Numbered from the stretch's first letter, positions 11,161 through 22,943 are shown. The stretch is DNA of 64,000 nucleotides from Piedraia hortae CBS 480.64 (GCA_010093745.1 MU005964.1:124001-188000), one strand, 5' to 3'. Made by a program: numbers and translations. Notes: generated from the letters alone by a model not told the origin.

Positions 11161-11350
11161 GTTACGTAAGCGAGGAGCTGAGTCGCCCGATTGGGCAAGG
11201 GTGGCAGTTACGTAAGCGGCAGATGGCCCAGAAAGGCAATACGTGTTGGCAGCACGTAAGCGGCATTACACTTTGGCGGTCCAAATAGGCAAAGCGTACT
11301 GACATACGTAAGCGGCGATACACTTCGGCAACCCAGACAGGCCAAGCGTA
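11161..11350. repeat. Four-copy degenerate tandem repeat (44-52 bp) with ACGTAAGCG core
   Basis: ACGTAAGCG cores at 11164, 11210, 11254 and 11306. The units also share a CCnnAnnGGCnA.. segment. Confidence 0.8.
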
Positions 11351-11587
11351 GGTGGGGTGTCGGTCTTTAAACACGCCGTCCGCTGAGTAAGGGTGAAAAA
11401 CCACTTACCTCAGCAACTCTTTCTCCAATCAAGGTGCGTCTTTGCTGCTGCCGCACCACAGCACGCCCAACCACGCGGCTGACAATGACAGCGCCCGGCC
11501 TGGCCACAGCGCCGAGATTGGCTTGGTTGGTGAGCGGATGTCAGGCGGAAATCACGCTGAGATGAGTAGGCTGTGCCTCGCAGCAGC

Positions 11588-12332
11588 ATGGTGAAGATGT
11601 TGACCCGTATGGTAGATTTGAGAGACCATCTTCTTGCCGTAACGAACAACGGCCAGACCACCGCGGATGCGACGCCTTATCCGCCAATGACGCCCACCAA
11701 TCCGTCGACACACGACGGCTACCACCAACCACCCGACACCGCGCGCCAGCACGAGGCAATGGAAGCGCATGACGGCATGGCGGCACAGCAGGTCATTGCG
11801 CCGTACGCGCACATGGGCGGGGAAGCCATGCATGAAGTAGGGCACGAAGGAGCAGAGTCACCTTCGTCGGCAAAGGGCAAAAGACCACTATCAACCAGCA
11901 AAAGAGCGGCGCAGAACCGTGAGGCTCAGGTACATCTGCACAGTCCTGCATCTCTCCCCCGCTAACATGTTCTAACAGCGCGCCTTCCGCCAACGCAAAG
12001 AATGCTACATCAAAAAACTCGAACAACAACTTCGTGACTACCAATCAGCCGATAACGCCTACCGAACAATCCAAGAAGAAAACTACCAACTACGGGATTA
12101 CATCGTCAAGCTACAGACTCGTCTCCTGGAGAACCGATGCGACGTCCCTCCTCCACCTCCCCAACTCGACCTCTCCGGTTCGGCCCCGATCGTGACAATG
12201 GCCCAGAGACAAGCAGATGGCACAACCTCGCCTTATCCCCTCGTGGCCCCGGAATATTCTAATCCCCGGGCCCATCATCCTCATCATCATCAGACTGAGG
12301 AGGATGTTACGTCAGGGAGTAAAATTAAGTGA
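11588..12332 (+). CDS. kapC: bZIP transcription factor, KapC/Yap-like
   Basis: KRPLSTSKRAAQNREAQ, intron 11930-11978 (GTACAT...GCTAAC...CAG), then RAFRQRKECYIKKLE...ENYQLRDYIVKLQTRLLE...PPPPP, with TGA at 12330-12332. The start codon is uncertain. Confidence 0.85.
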
Positions 12333-13068
12333 GCTGTAATCGTAACTCGTGGGGAGGGAATGATGTGGTTATGATGGGTAGCAATTGTTTCTGCATGGTT
12401 GGGTGGGTTGGGGGTTTTGATGAGTAGCCGACTGTATAATCAGTGGGGTATGGGTAGCGATACTCTCCTTTAAAACTGGGATAACTCTGGTGGTAAGTAG
12501 TGCTATCCTCATTATCTCGAGTAGGTCAATGCTACACATGGTCGGATCAACCTGAATTCTGAGCGAGTCCTGTGATGAGTTCGCAATCGCCGCCCAGGCA
12601 GAGCAGGTCTCGGGTTAGGTAGGATGAGTTTTGCGTATTAAGGCGGCCTCCATGGCTTTAGGCTAGTGGTTACAGGTTTGGGTGCATAGTAGTAGACATC
12701 TCCAGATTCAAAGTCTATCTTGTGTGCACAACCATGTCAGTATACCGGAGAAAAGCTTCACAGTGATACTTCAAAGACGCAAACACCCATCACGGAAAGG
12801 AACAACCCTCGTAAATTGAGTCATCTACATCATATCACAGCTTTATCAACATTCAAACCCTATATCGTGCACAACCACGTCAGCAACCCCGAGAAAAGCT
12901 TCACTACTCCAAAGTAGCACACCACTCCACTATACATGAAATCCGAAAAGGAGATCATTCAAACCATTACACTCATCATTTACACTATCCCTCCCCATGC
13001 AGATGCATGTTCATCCTAAAACGCCACGCTCATTAAAAAAAATGTACGCAACGTCGTGTTTCTGTATC

Positions 13069-16000
13069 CTATTCCTTGGGTATCGTCTTGTCATTGCCAT
13101 TCTTGCTCTCGCCGTTCGTAGTTTTCTCGCCGTTGGCGGCCTTGTCACTATTCTTGTCCTCACCATTAGCGGCCTTCTCGCCGCTGGCAGCCTTGTCACT
13201 ATTGGCACCCTTCTCGCCCTTGGCAACTTTCTTAGTCTCAGCATCAGCCTTGTTCTTCCCCTCCCCATCACCAGGATCATGAACCTTCTGGTACATCTCC
13301 CTCAACTTCGCGCCTGTAACGGTCGGCATATTCTTGCCCCCACGGGGCCAGTAGTGCTCGCATACAAACTCCCACATGCGGTTGATCGTGGCATCGTCGT
13401 ATTTCCCGCTCTTCTTCTGGGCGGTGATGTGGTCTCCTACGGCGAGGAGACTGCTGCGAATGAGCATTAGACGTTCCTCGCGGACAGGACATTTGCGGGT
13501 CGTGGCGTTGCGGACTCGTGCCAGTTGAGCGCGAATGGGCTCGAAACTGCGGTCGATACGACGCTCGTCTTCGTCCATGGGTGGAGGCGCGGAGACGGCT
13601 GAGTCGCGGTGTTTGGGTGCTGGTGCTTTCTTCTGCGGGGCGGTTGTAGCCGGTTTGGTTGAGCTCTCCCTTTGGCGCGGCTTGGCCTTGGAATTGGGTG
13701 CGGGGGAATCGGTCTTGCCCGCTGATGGACGGTTTTTGGGCTTGTTGCGGTGGTGATTTTCAGTAGCCCGTTTGGCCTCAGGGTCAGTTCCGTTACTGAC
13801 TTTGTCTTTCAGGACGCTGACGAGGTAGTTTGCTCGTCTGCCTAGATGGACAGCAGCAGGAGAACGTGCTTGTTTGTCATCCGATCGGCCACGGTCCTCT
13901 TTGACGGCTACGCGGTTTTCGTCTAGAAACATCAGATCGCTGAGACCAAGGTCTTTGTCGTCCCTGATCTGCGTCCAAGCGCCGAAACCATGGCGGGCCA
14001 TGCCGACAATGAGCATAGCGTCCTCACGCTCTTCCCATTTCACAGTCCAGTTTGCGCTCTTTGACGCTTCTGGAATGCGGAATTCACGCCAGCTAGGAGC
14101 TTCATTGACCACTTTGCGGATAAGACGCATTTCCTTGGGTCTCTCAGTAATTGTAGAAGCATTGTTCCGCTTGACGCCCTTGAAATCAAACAAAACAGCC
14201 TTCTTGCCTTTCTTAGTGGTCGTCTCGGCTGCTGGAGGCGCATCGGCAAGTGCCTTGACAGCTGCGGCATGGAGCTCTTGCAAGGTAGACTTGATGACTC
14301 CCACATCGTGACCAGTAAGTCGTGCCTGGCTGATGATTTCCTTGGGCTTTTCATCAAATGAACCCCACCGCTCGTACGCATTGATAAGCAGACGACACTC
14401 CTTCTCCTCCAACGCTCGCTTCGACACCTTGCGACGCTTGTTGTTCTGGGAGTCTGTCTCCGAGACTGCAGAAGCGCTGGCAGAGGTAGACCTGCGGTCT
14501 CTGGTGCCATCCATAGCCCCTGCCTTGCGTTTGCGACGTTGACCGTAGCCATCAGTCTCCTCCTGCTCAGGGGTAACATTCTCCTGCTGAATCTTGTCCA
14601 ACTCCTCCTTGGGAATGATCTCATCCCACGAGACCGAGTCCAGGTCGAGCTTGACATCAGTAAACTCGAAGCTGCGAAGGAACTCCTCTCCACCGTCATT
14701 TGTCATGCCCTCTGGCTGCTCCATCCTTATCTCTTCGGCATTTGCGAGAACGGCATCAACGTCGAGCTCTTCCAGTCTTCGTTGGTTGCCGGACTGCTCA
14801 AACATCTTCTGCCCACGTTTCTTCAAGATACGAGAGATGTCGTCTGCAGACGTAGGCTCAGCCGTGCTATGGCCAGCCCGTGCAAAACGACCAGACAGCT
14901 CTTGTGCATCCTTATCGGTAATTCCTCGCTGAATGGTGACGAACTCGAGCAGCAGCTTGTTCTTGGCCCGCTCTAGAACCTCCTCCTCAACAGTGTCTTT
15001 GGAGACCAGGCGGTACACCGTCACGGGGTTCTTCTGACCGATACGGTGGGCGCGGGCCATGGCCTGCAGATCAGCCTGAGGATTCCAGTCAGAATCAAAG
15101 AGGATGACGGTGTCGGCAGTCATGAGATTGATGCCCAAACCACCGGCGCGGGTAGACAAGAGGAAGCAAAAATCCTGGCTCCCAGGTGCGTTAAAGTGGT
15201 CAATGGCTTGCCTTCTGGTCCCGGCTGCAATGGTACCGTCCAGACGCTGAAACTGATAGCCGCGGAACTGGAGGTAATCTGACAGAATATCGAGCATGCG
15301 AACCATCTGGCTGAAGATGAGAACGCGATGACCGTCCTTCTTCATCTTAGTGAGAAGACGATCCAGCAGCATCATCTTGCCAGAGGTCGTAATGAGAGCC
15401 CTGAGCTGGTCCTCGCGAGTGGCAACATCGCCGACTATGCGGTCTTCGGTACCAGGGAACATGAACGGGTGGTTGCTGGCCTTCTTCAGCTCCATCATGA
15501 TGTTGAGGAGGCTGGTCTTTTGAGCCTTGGCCCCAGCATTGAGAGCCGCGTAGTTGCGTGTGAAGATGTTCTTATAAAGCTCCAGCTGAACGTCGGCAAG
15601 TTCTACGCGGATAATCTTCTCGGTCTTTGGGGGCAGGTCATTCTCGACCTTTTGCTTGGTGCGGCGGATCATATACGGCTTGATTTGGTCATTGAGCTCG
15701 GCAATCTTCTTACTGGCATTCTCCGAGTTCATGTCAATGTCGTCCTCAAGATGGATCATACCAGGCATGAGGAAGTCCATCAGAGCAGATAGCTCGTTCA
15801 ACGCATTCTGCATAGGCGTTCCAGTGATGAGAAGGCGGCTGGGTGCCTTGAACTCCATGAGCCTCTGATACAGCTGAGAATCACGGTTCTTCAGTCTGTG
15901 GGCTTCATCAACAGCCATAAACTGCCACCTGATCTGCGACAGAAAGGAGGAATCGGCAAGGATGTACTCGTAAGTGGTGAGCAAGACGTTGAACTTGACC

Positions 16001-17651
16001 TTTTTTGGGTTTCCGTTGACAAGCATCTCGTACTCACGGATAATTCTGCGCGCGGCTTCATTGCCGTTGTAGACGACATAGTTGGTATCGGGAGCCCACG
16101 TGTTGAACGTGTCTGCCCAGGCAGGCATAGTAGAGAGCGGCACAACAACGATGAAGGGACCCTGCTGTCCTCTCTCGTGGCGTAGCCAGCTGATAAATGA
16201 CACCGTCTGGACCGTTTTGCCAAGGCCCATCTCATCGGCGAGGATGACGTTCTTGCCGCTGCACCAATTGTGAGCCAAGAAGTTGATACCTGCAATCTGA
16301 AACCCCCTCAACTGTCCACCGTGGATGTAAGACGGCTGGTCATGGAACGGTGTATAGTCCGAGCGCGTCTGGAGGTTGGCCTCTCTGGCATTTGACACAG
16401 GAGGATTCTGCACGCGATCCAGGTAGCGGTCAATCTCATGAGGGGCGAGTTTGTTGACAAGAGACGCGCTCTCCCACGTACAGGCATCGTAGAAGAGACC
16501 CTTCCACTTGACAAAGTACTCGATGCCGTCCTCGTCCTCGGCTTCATTAATAACCCGCTCGATCTGCATGTAGTCGTTGAGCGAGTCAAGGTAAGCCTCA
16601 CGGTCTAGATTCCACTTCTCCATGTCTTCAGCCGCGGCAGCAGGATCATTCGCAAATGCCAGCTCGACCTTGACAATTTTGCGGAAATAGTTCTCCAGAC
16701 GGCGTACACCTTTGCAGCCAGACAGCTCTGCCCACGTCTTCCACGTTGCGTGGTAGTGGGCTTGGCCCTGCCATTTGATGTAGAACTCGTAGCTGTCCTT
16801 GTCCTGAGCCTTAGAATCAGCGTCATCTTTGAGCTTATGGTTTAGCACGGCGTCAATGGCCGGAGAGTTGTCAGGCTGGACATAGTAATAAGTCGGAGCT
16901 TCATCGTCCAACTCATCCTCGTCGAGCTCGGCCTCATCTTCGTTGTAGTTGGTCACCTTACCGGCCATGCGCGACGAGAAGCGCGAGTACGCAGGCAGGA
17001 CCTTCCGGTTACGGCTGACCTTATTAGAAGCCCGAATGCGTGAGGCGACAGAGTAGTCATCGCTATCGTCAGGCGATGGGCGCGTAGACGAGGAGACTGC
17101 GCCACCATCAGCATGCCGTGGGCAGCAGGAATATCTAACACTTACCATGACGACCGTTGGTCATCCGCCGTCTCTTGCCGGTAGGAACGATATCGTCGTC
17201 CTCGTCAGACATTTCAGCATACTAGCGTCACGTTAGCACAGTTTCTATAGCAGATGCCCGCTACAAGGACGCGCGACTTGACAGGTAACGTGCGACCTAG
17301 CAGGCCTTGGCAATGAAATCTTACAATGTGGGCTTTGGAAGCTCGCTGGCGCTTCCGGGAGGTGGTTGATCCGCCAGTGGTCGACTTGGACGAGCGGCGC
17401 GATGTGGCTGCGCGCGGAGGCGAGGGTGCATCATCGTCGTAATCATCGTCTGCCTCTCCAGGCGTCTCGCCTCCTTCGCTTTCAGACATGTCTATATCCT
17501 GCATGTCTTCATTTTCTACATCAGGCTCAAGCTGCTCATGGGAGGCTGCATGGTCGGCTGGGTAGGAACGGCTTTCGCAGTTAACGGGAGATGCTGGGAA
17601 CAAGGGGGGGGCATCATCGGCCTCCTGTGGGCGTTCGCCCGGGGCATCCAT
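13069..17651 (-). CDS. CHD1: Chromodomain helicase DNA-binding protein (CHD1/hrp3)
   Basis: Double chromodomain (YIKWQGQAHYHATW; YFVKWKGLFYDACTWE), SNF2 ATPase (ILADEMGLGKT, DEAH, QAMARAHRIGQ) and a SANT/SLIDE region. Probable introns 17324-17222 and 17145-17097; the 5' exons are less certain. Confidence 0.95.
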
Positions 17652-18353
17652 CGTGTTTGAACTATCAGAGGATGCAATAGTAGTCGGGTACAGCTACCAC
17701 AATCAGCGTCAGTGAGGTTTCTCGGTCAAATGATGTCGGAACGCGCTGAAACTTGGCCCGGTGGCAGTCCACAGTTACGCGACCCAGATCCCCCGGAAAT
17801 CTGCATGCGAAACGCTTTCGTCGGCACTCCAGAAGGTTGGGTCCGCCGATGCGTTTTGCAGCGGCAGGGCAGTCTGGGCACCTTCACCGGCCAACCAACC
17901 ACCGAGGACGAGCGGTATGTGTTGTGGATGGATCGGCGACCGCAGAAGAACCATATCGACGTGCTTTGAGAGACGACAGGGCGCCGGCGCATCACCGGGG
18001 TCAACAAGTCTTGGTCGTGAGCTGCCAGTATGGACCGGGCCAAGAGAGTCCGCAATCGCGCGATGCGATAAAGCAAGAAGAGCATTAGAAACAAACTTAC
18101 CAAATGATTGTGTTGCGGACAACTAGGGCTGATCCGGAGTGTTTGCGTTGCAGGTTGGTTGCTGATGATCAGAATGGATCAGGGTTGGGTGTGAGGAGGT
18201 TCCGGCAGCGGGACAAGAACGCCGCGTCGCGCTAGTGGCGGATCCTCCCGAACATTCCCCAATGTGGGGTACTGCCCCACATTTGGCTTGTGAAGATGCG
18301 AAAAAAGCGAAAATCAACGTCACTCTTCGTGCAAACCTGTCCGACTGCCCATC

Positions 18354-20418
18354 ATGGCGGATAAACTGACGCGGTGTGTACTGTGGGCCTTGGAAGTTTG
18401 TATAATCACTGACAAAATTGTCTGCCAGCATTGCTATTGTCAGTTCCGGTATGCTGCGGCCTGATATAGTGAGAGACTCGAGCTGACGTTGGAATAAAGA
18501 CAAATGCAAGCCCAAAAAGTGCCGGCAGGAATGGTCAGCTTTTTGAGATTTGGGGATGGATTCCATACTGACTAAATTTAGCAAAAAGGCCTGTCCTGTA
18601 GTGCGCTCAGGAAAGCTGTGCATCGAGGTGTCGCCCGAATCCAAGATCGCGTTCATCTCTGAGCGTCTGTGCATTGGCTGCGGCATTTGTCCCAAGAAAT
18701 GCCCGTTTGACGCCATTACCATCATCAACTTACCGACCAACCTCGAGACTCAAGTCACACATCGGTACTCGGCCAACAGCTTCAAGCTGCACCGTCTTCC
18801 CATGCCAAGGCCCGGCCAGGTGCTGGGTCTGGTTGGTACCAATGGTATCGGCAAGAGCACTGCATTAAAAATACTGGCGGGCAAGCTGAAGCCGAATCTG
18901 GGACGTTATGAGAACCCTCCTGACTGGGAAGAGATTCTAAAGTACTTTAGAGGGTCAGAATTGCAAAGTGCGTCGGTGGCTATCCACTCGTTCCAGACTA
19001 ATATCTATAGACTACTTTACCAAGATGCTCGAGGACAATCTAAAGGCGGTGACGAAGCCACAGTACGTGGATCAGATCCCCAAAGCCGTCAAAGGCTCCG
19101 ATCGCTCCGTTGGCTTCCTCATGAAGCAGCGTTGCCAGGTTGAGCCTGAGCGGATGGACGAGATTGCTGAAGTCTTGGAGCTGAAGCAAGTTTGGGACCG
19201 AGACATTGACCTTCTCTCAGGTGGTGAGTTGCAGCGGTTCGCCATTGCAATGGTATGCGTGCAAAAGGCCGACGTCTACATGTTTGACGAGCCGTCGTCA
19301 TTTCTTGATGTAAAGCAGCGTCTTGCTGCCGGTCGCATGATTCGCAGTCTGCTTCGTCCTGACTGCTATGTCATTGTTGTCGAGCACGATTTATCAATTC
19401 TCGACTACCTGTCAGACTACATTTGTGTGCTGTACGGTAAGCCTGCTGTCTATGGTGTTGTTACCGCGCCGTTTTCGGTGCGTGAAGGTATCAATATCTT
19501 CCTAGATGGTAACATTCCCACGGAGAACTTGCGTTTCCGAGAGGAGAGTCTTCAGTTCCGCATAGGAGAGGCTGGAGACGATTTCCTCTCGGACAAGTCG
19601 AGGGCATACTCTTACCCCAACATGACCAAGACACTGGGCGGTTTCCAGCTCGGGGTCACAAAGGGGGACTTTACCGATTCTGAAATCTTGGTGCTGATGG
19701 GAGAGAACGGCACGGGAAAGACGACGTTTTGTCGAATGCTCGCCGGTGCTGAGAAGCCAGACGATGGCAAGACCATCCCACAAATGAACATCAGCATGAA
19801 GCCACAGAAGATTACGCCCAAATTCCAGGGCACAGTGCGTCAGTTGTTTTACAAGAAGATCAAGGCTGCCTTTTTGAGCCCGCAGTTCCAAACCGACGTC
19901 TACAAACCGCTCAAAATGGACGATTTCATCGACCAAGAGGTGCAGAATCTGTCTGGTGGTGAGTTGCAAAGGGTAGCCATTGTTCTTGCCCTAGGTCTTC
20001 CAGCCGACATTTACATCATCGACGAGCCTTCTGCTTATCTAGATTCCGAGCAGCGTATCGTCGCCGCCCGCGTGATCAAGAGGTTCATTATGCATGCGAA
20101 GAAGACGGCTTTTGTTGTTGAGCACGACTTTATCATGGCCACCTATCTTGCCGATAGGGTGATTGTGTTTGACGGTCAGCCGTCCAAGAAGGCGCGTGCC
20201 AATGCCCCAGAGAGCTTGCTGACGGGCTGCAATCGCTTCTTGGGTAATCTGGATGTCACCTTCCGGAGAGATCCGAATACTTTTAGGCCGCGTATCAACA
20301 AGCTCAACAGCCAGCTCGACACGGAGCAGAAGGCTGCTGGGAATTACGTAAGTTTTGAAAAACACTGGAGAAATGTACCACTGACAAGTTATAGTTCTTC
20401 TTGGAAGACGAATCCTGA
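18354..20418 (+). CDS. RLI1: ABCE1/RNase L inhibitor, Fe-S ABC ATPase for ribosome recycling
   Basis: Micro-exons 18354-18373, 18429-18448 and one starting at 18500 give [30 protein letters not shown]. It has [13 protein letters not shown] and two ABC domains ([26 protein letters not shown]). The last exon reads FFLEDES* and ends at 20418. Confidence 0.97.
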
Positions 20419-20486
20419 GGGCCTCCCCACGAACAGGCTGAAGGCCTTCAGACGAGGCACCAGACGTCGACAGGTAGTTAAGAGCC

Positions 20487-20517
20487 GGGGGGAGAGGGGG
20501 GGGGGGGGGGGGGGGGG
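20487..20517 (+). repeat. Poly-G tract (G6-AGA-G22)
   Basis: Read directly between the convergent RLI1 and PRP40 3' ends. Confidence 0.9.
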
Positions 20518-20654
20518 TTGTTGATGTTCTCCTCGACGAAGATGATGACGAAGAAACCAGTACAGGACCACCAGACCACAGGTCTAAGCTGCTGGAAAAA
20601 AGTGGCACACATTAGATTTGATTGAATCCGTGTAGCTACAGGACAGGTATGCGG

Positions 20655-22802
20655 TCAGACTTCTTCAATCTCACCCTCTTCACTACCGGACTGTAGTTCG
20701 GGTGAGGGACGGCGGTGACCGTTAGCCTTGGTCGTCTCTGGACTCTTAGTCCTCAATCTCTGCCAATCATTAGCATCACCATACCACCTTTTTATTGCAA
20801 CACGTACCTTCCTTCCCGGCCCCCCAAAGCTCGAAATCGACTCCATCCTCTTCCTCCCCGCATTCTTCCCCGTCGGCGTCAACACAGCATCCTCATCCCC
20901 ATAATCGAGGGTCCTAGCCTTATCCCTGGGATCCGCACGGGGAATATAATCCCTCTCGATCTCCCTCCTCTCACGGTAATAACCCCCTCTACTTTCCCCC
21001 CTGACATGCCTCCTCTCATACCTCTCGCTCTCCCTCGGGGACGAAAACCCAAAACTAGGTCTACGAAGAACATGTCTCTCCCTCTCCGCCTGCGCCTTAC
21101 GTCTATCAGCATCATAATACGTCTCCTCTGGCGAACGCGTCCTTCCCCGACGCGGACTATGATGTCTTCGCCTCCGACTCTCCTCGCGCTCTTTCAGCCG
21201 GGAGATATGCTTCTCAAACGCGCTGCGGCGGACATGGTCGGTTGTGTATTTCCACTCCAGGGAGCTGGTTAATACCGGGTTGGAAGCGATGTCGTCAAAA
21301 GTGTCTGTGATGCGGACGGGGGGTTCAAGTCGGCGGATTACGATCCGTAAATTGTCGATTGCGCGCCGTTCTTGCCGCTCGGAGTGCGCTTTCAGGTCCT
21401 CAGCCCGGCGGATTACCTTGGCCATTAGGCGGGTGTAGATTTGGGTTTTTTCGTCGTGGGTGAAGGATTTGGTGGTGGGGGAGGTGTTGAGGAAGGAAAC
21501 GAATTCTTCAGAAGTGGTGGAAGGGACCATTTCCCACTGGCGTTCTTCGAGGAGGTCAAGGGCTAGGTTCCGCTTGCTGCGGAGTGCGCGGTCGCATTCT
21601 TCGAGTTTGTCGAAGAAGAGGTCTAGTGGGGTGCTGCCGTTTGTGGTGGTGGAGATGAGGGTTGTGTAGCGTTCGTCTTCGGAGATCATGGGGTAGAGGG
21701 ATTTCCACTTCGTGGAGGCGTTGAGTTGGCCCTGAGATGCCAGTTCGTCTAGGAGATACTTGAACGCTTCCCGTGCTTTGCGGTTTGCGCGCTCATGTTT
21801 ACGTCTCTCTGCCTGTTTGGAGGCGTTACGCTGCCTGTCCAGGTCGGTGATACGGGCATCGAAAACTTGCAGCACGTCTACCATGGCGAGATCGCGGAAT
21901 TCTTCAGAAGCAAAGCGTTCGTCCGCTTCGATTATTTCCTTGGCATCTGACCATTTGGTGTTTGGGTCTACAACGAGTTCTTCCATTAACTCCCGCAGCT
22001 CAGCCTCTGCCTGTCTCCGCTGTTTCTCCTCTTCCTCGGCCCGTTTGACCTTTAGCTCCGCCACGTATTCCTGGTACACGGCTCGGCGGTCATCTTCATT
22101 CTCAAACTGCGCAAAGGCAGCTTCATGTTCGATCAAAGGACGTGCCGTTCTCCACCGCGTGTAATGCTTGATCTCCCGGTGACTGCCAAGCGTCTTTATC
22201 ATCTCCTTCCTCGTCCGCTCATACCGCGCCCGCTTCTGTTCCTTGGCCTGCGCCTGTAGCTCCACGCAATACTTTTCGTACGCCTGTTTCCTCTCCTTTG
22301 GATCCTTGAGTGCCTTGTAGTCTCTATCGCGGATGACCTGCTTCAGCGCCTCTTCCCATGGTGTGTCGAGCGCAATCTCATATCTTTTCAGAAGCTTCGC
22401 AAACGCAGCCTCGGCCTCGGCTGGTGATGAATACTCGGGCTCATCGCTCTTGGCCAGCGGACCGCTGCGAACAGCTCCATTGCGCAAGTCCCACGGATTA
22501 GCAGCTGGTTGGAATGCGGCCTTTTGCGTCGTCGGTTCCGCCCCGTAGGATCGCGCTCCGGCTACGACATCCTGTTGCTGCCTCAGGTACGACTCGGGCA
22601 GAATCCACGACGTTGCTTTTGTAATTAGATTATGGTAATAAGTTCTCCCGTCGCCAGTTCTCGCCTCCCTCCATGACGCGTCAACATCGGCCTGGTCAGC
22701 CACGGGCGCGTCCACCGGCTTCTCCCATCGCGTCTCTTTGGTCTCTGTGTTCCAGTAATAAACGCGGCCGTCCGGAGCCCTAGCTTCCTGCCACACGCCC
22801 AT
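20655..22802 (-). CDS. PRP40: U1 snRNP-associated WW/FF-domain splicing factor
   Basis: Two WW domains (WQEARAPDGRVYYWN...TRWEKP; WREARTGDGRTYYHN), several FF repeats, an RS-rich tail and C-terminal SGSEEGEIEEV. Probable in-frame intron 20807-20760. Confidence 0.93.
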   Translation of the reverse strand: MGVWQEARAPDGRVYYWNTETKETRWEKPVDAPVADQADVDASWREARTGDGRTYYHNLITKATSWILPESYLRQQQDVVAGARSYGAEPTTQKAAFQPAANPWDLRNGAVRSGPLAKSDEPEYSSPAEAEAAFAKLLKRYEIALDTPWEEALKQVIRDRDYKALKDPKERKQAYEKYCVELQAQAKEQKRARYERTRKEMIKTLGSHREIKHYTRWRTARPLIEHEAAFAQFENEDDRRAVYQEYVAELKVKRAEEEEKQRRQAEAELRELMEELVVDPNTKWSDAKEIIEADERFASEEFRDLAMVDVLQVFDARITDLDRQRNASKQAERRKHERANRKAREAFKYLLDELASQGQLNASTKWKSLYPMISEDERYTTLISTTTNGSTPLDLFFDKLEECDRALRSKRNLALDLLEERQWEMVPSTTSEEFVSFLNTSPTTKSFTHDEKTQIYTRLMAKVIRRAEDLKAHSERQERRAIDNLRIVIRRLEPPVRITDTFDDIASNPVLTSSLEWKYTTDHVRRSAFEKHISRLKEREESRRRRHHSPRRGRTRSPEETYYDADRRKAQAERERHVLRRPSFGFSSPRESERYERRHVRGESRGGYYRERREIERDYIPRADPRDKARTLDYGDEDAVLTPTGKNAGRKRMESISSFGGPGRKVRVAIKRWYGDANDWQRLRTKSPETTKANGHRRPSPELQSGSEEGEIEEV

Positions 22803-22889
22803 CGCCACACTGTCCAAATCTCAAACAAAAAAAAAGAGTTGTGGTCGGCCAATGGCGGCCGTCGACCCCGCACAGACCACCTCGCACCT

Positions 22890-22943
22890 CTTAGTCAGCA
22901 ATACCTCTCACTTAGTCAGCAACATCCCTCACTTAGTCAGCAA
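22890..22943. repeat. Triple direct repeat CTTAGTCAGCAA with 21-bp period
   Basis: Exact copies at 22890-22901, 22911-22922 and 22932-22943. Confidence 0.95.

Noticed and set aside
11161..11350. Repeat-spacer pattern resembling a CRISPR array
   Set aside because: Eukaryotic context, a core of only 9-12 nt, spacers homologous to one another and no cas genes.
17712..18126. Several overlapping 85-125 aa ORFs between CHD1 and RLI1
   Set aside because: No recognisable motifs; GC-rich sequence better explained as a 5'-UTR intron or promoter.
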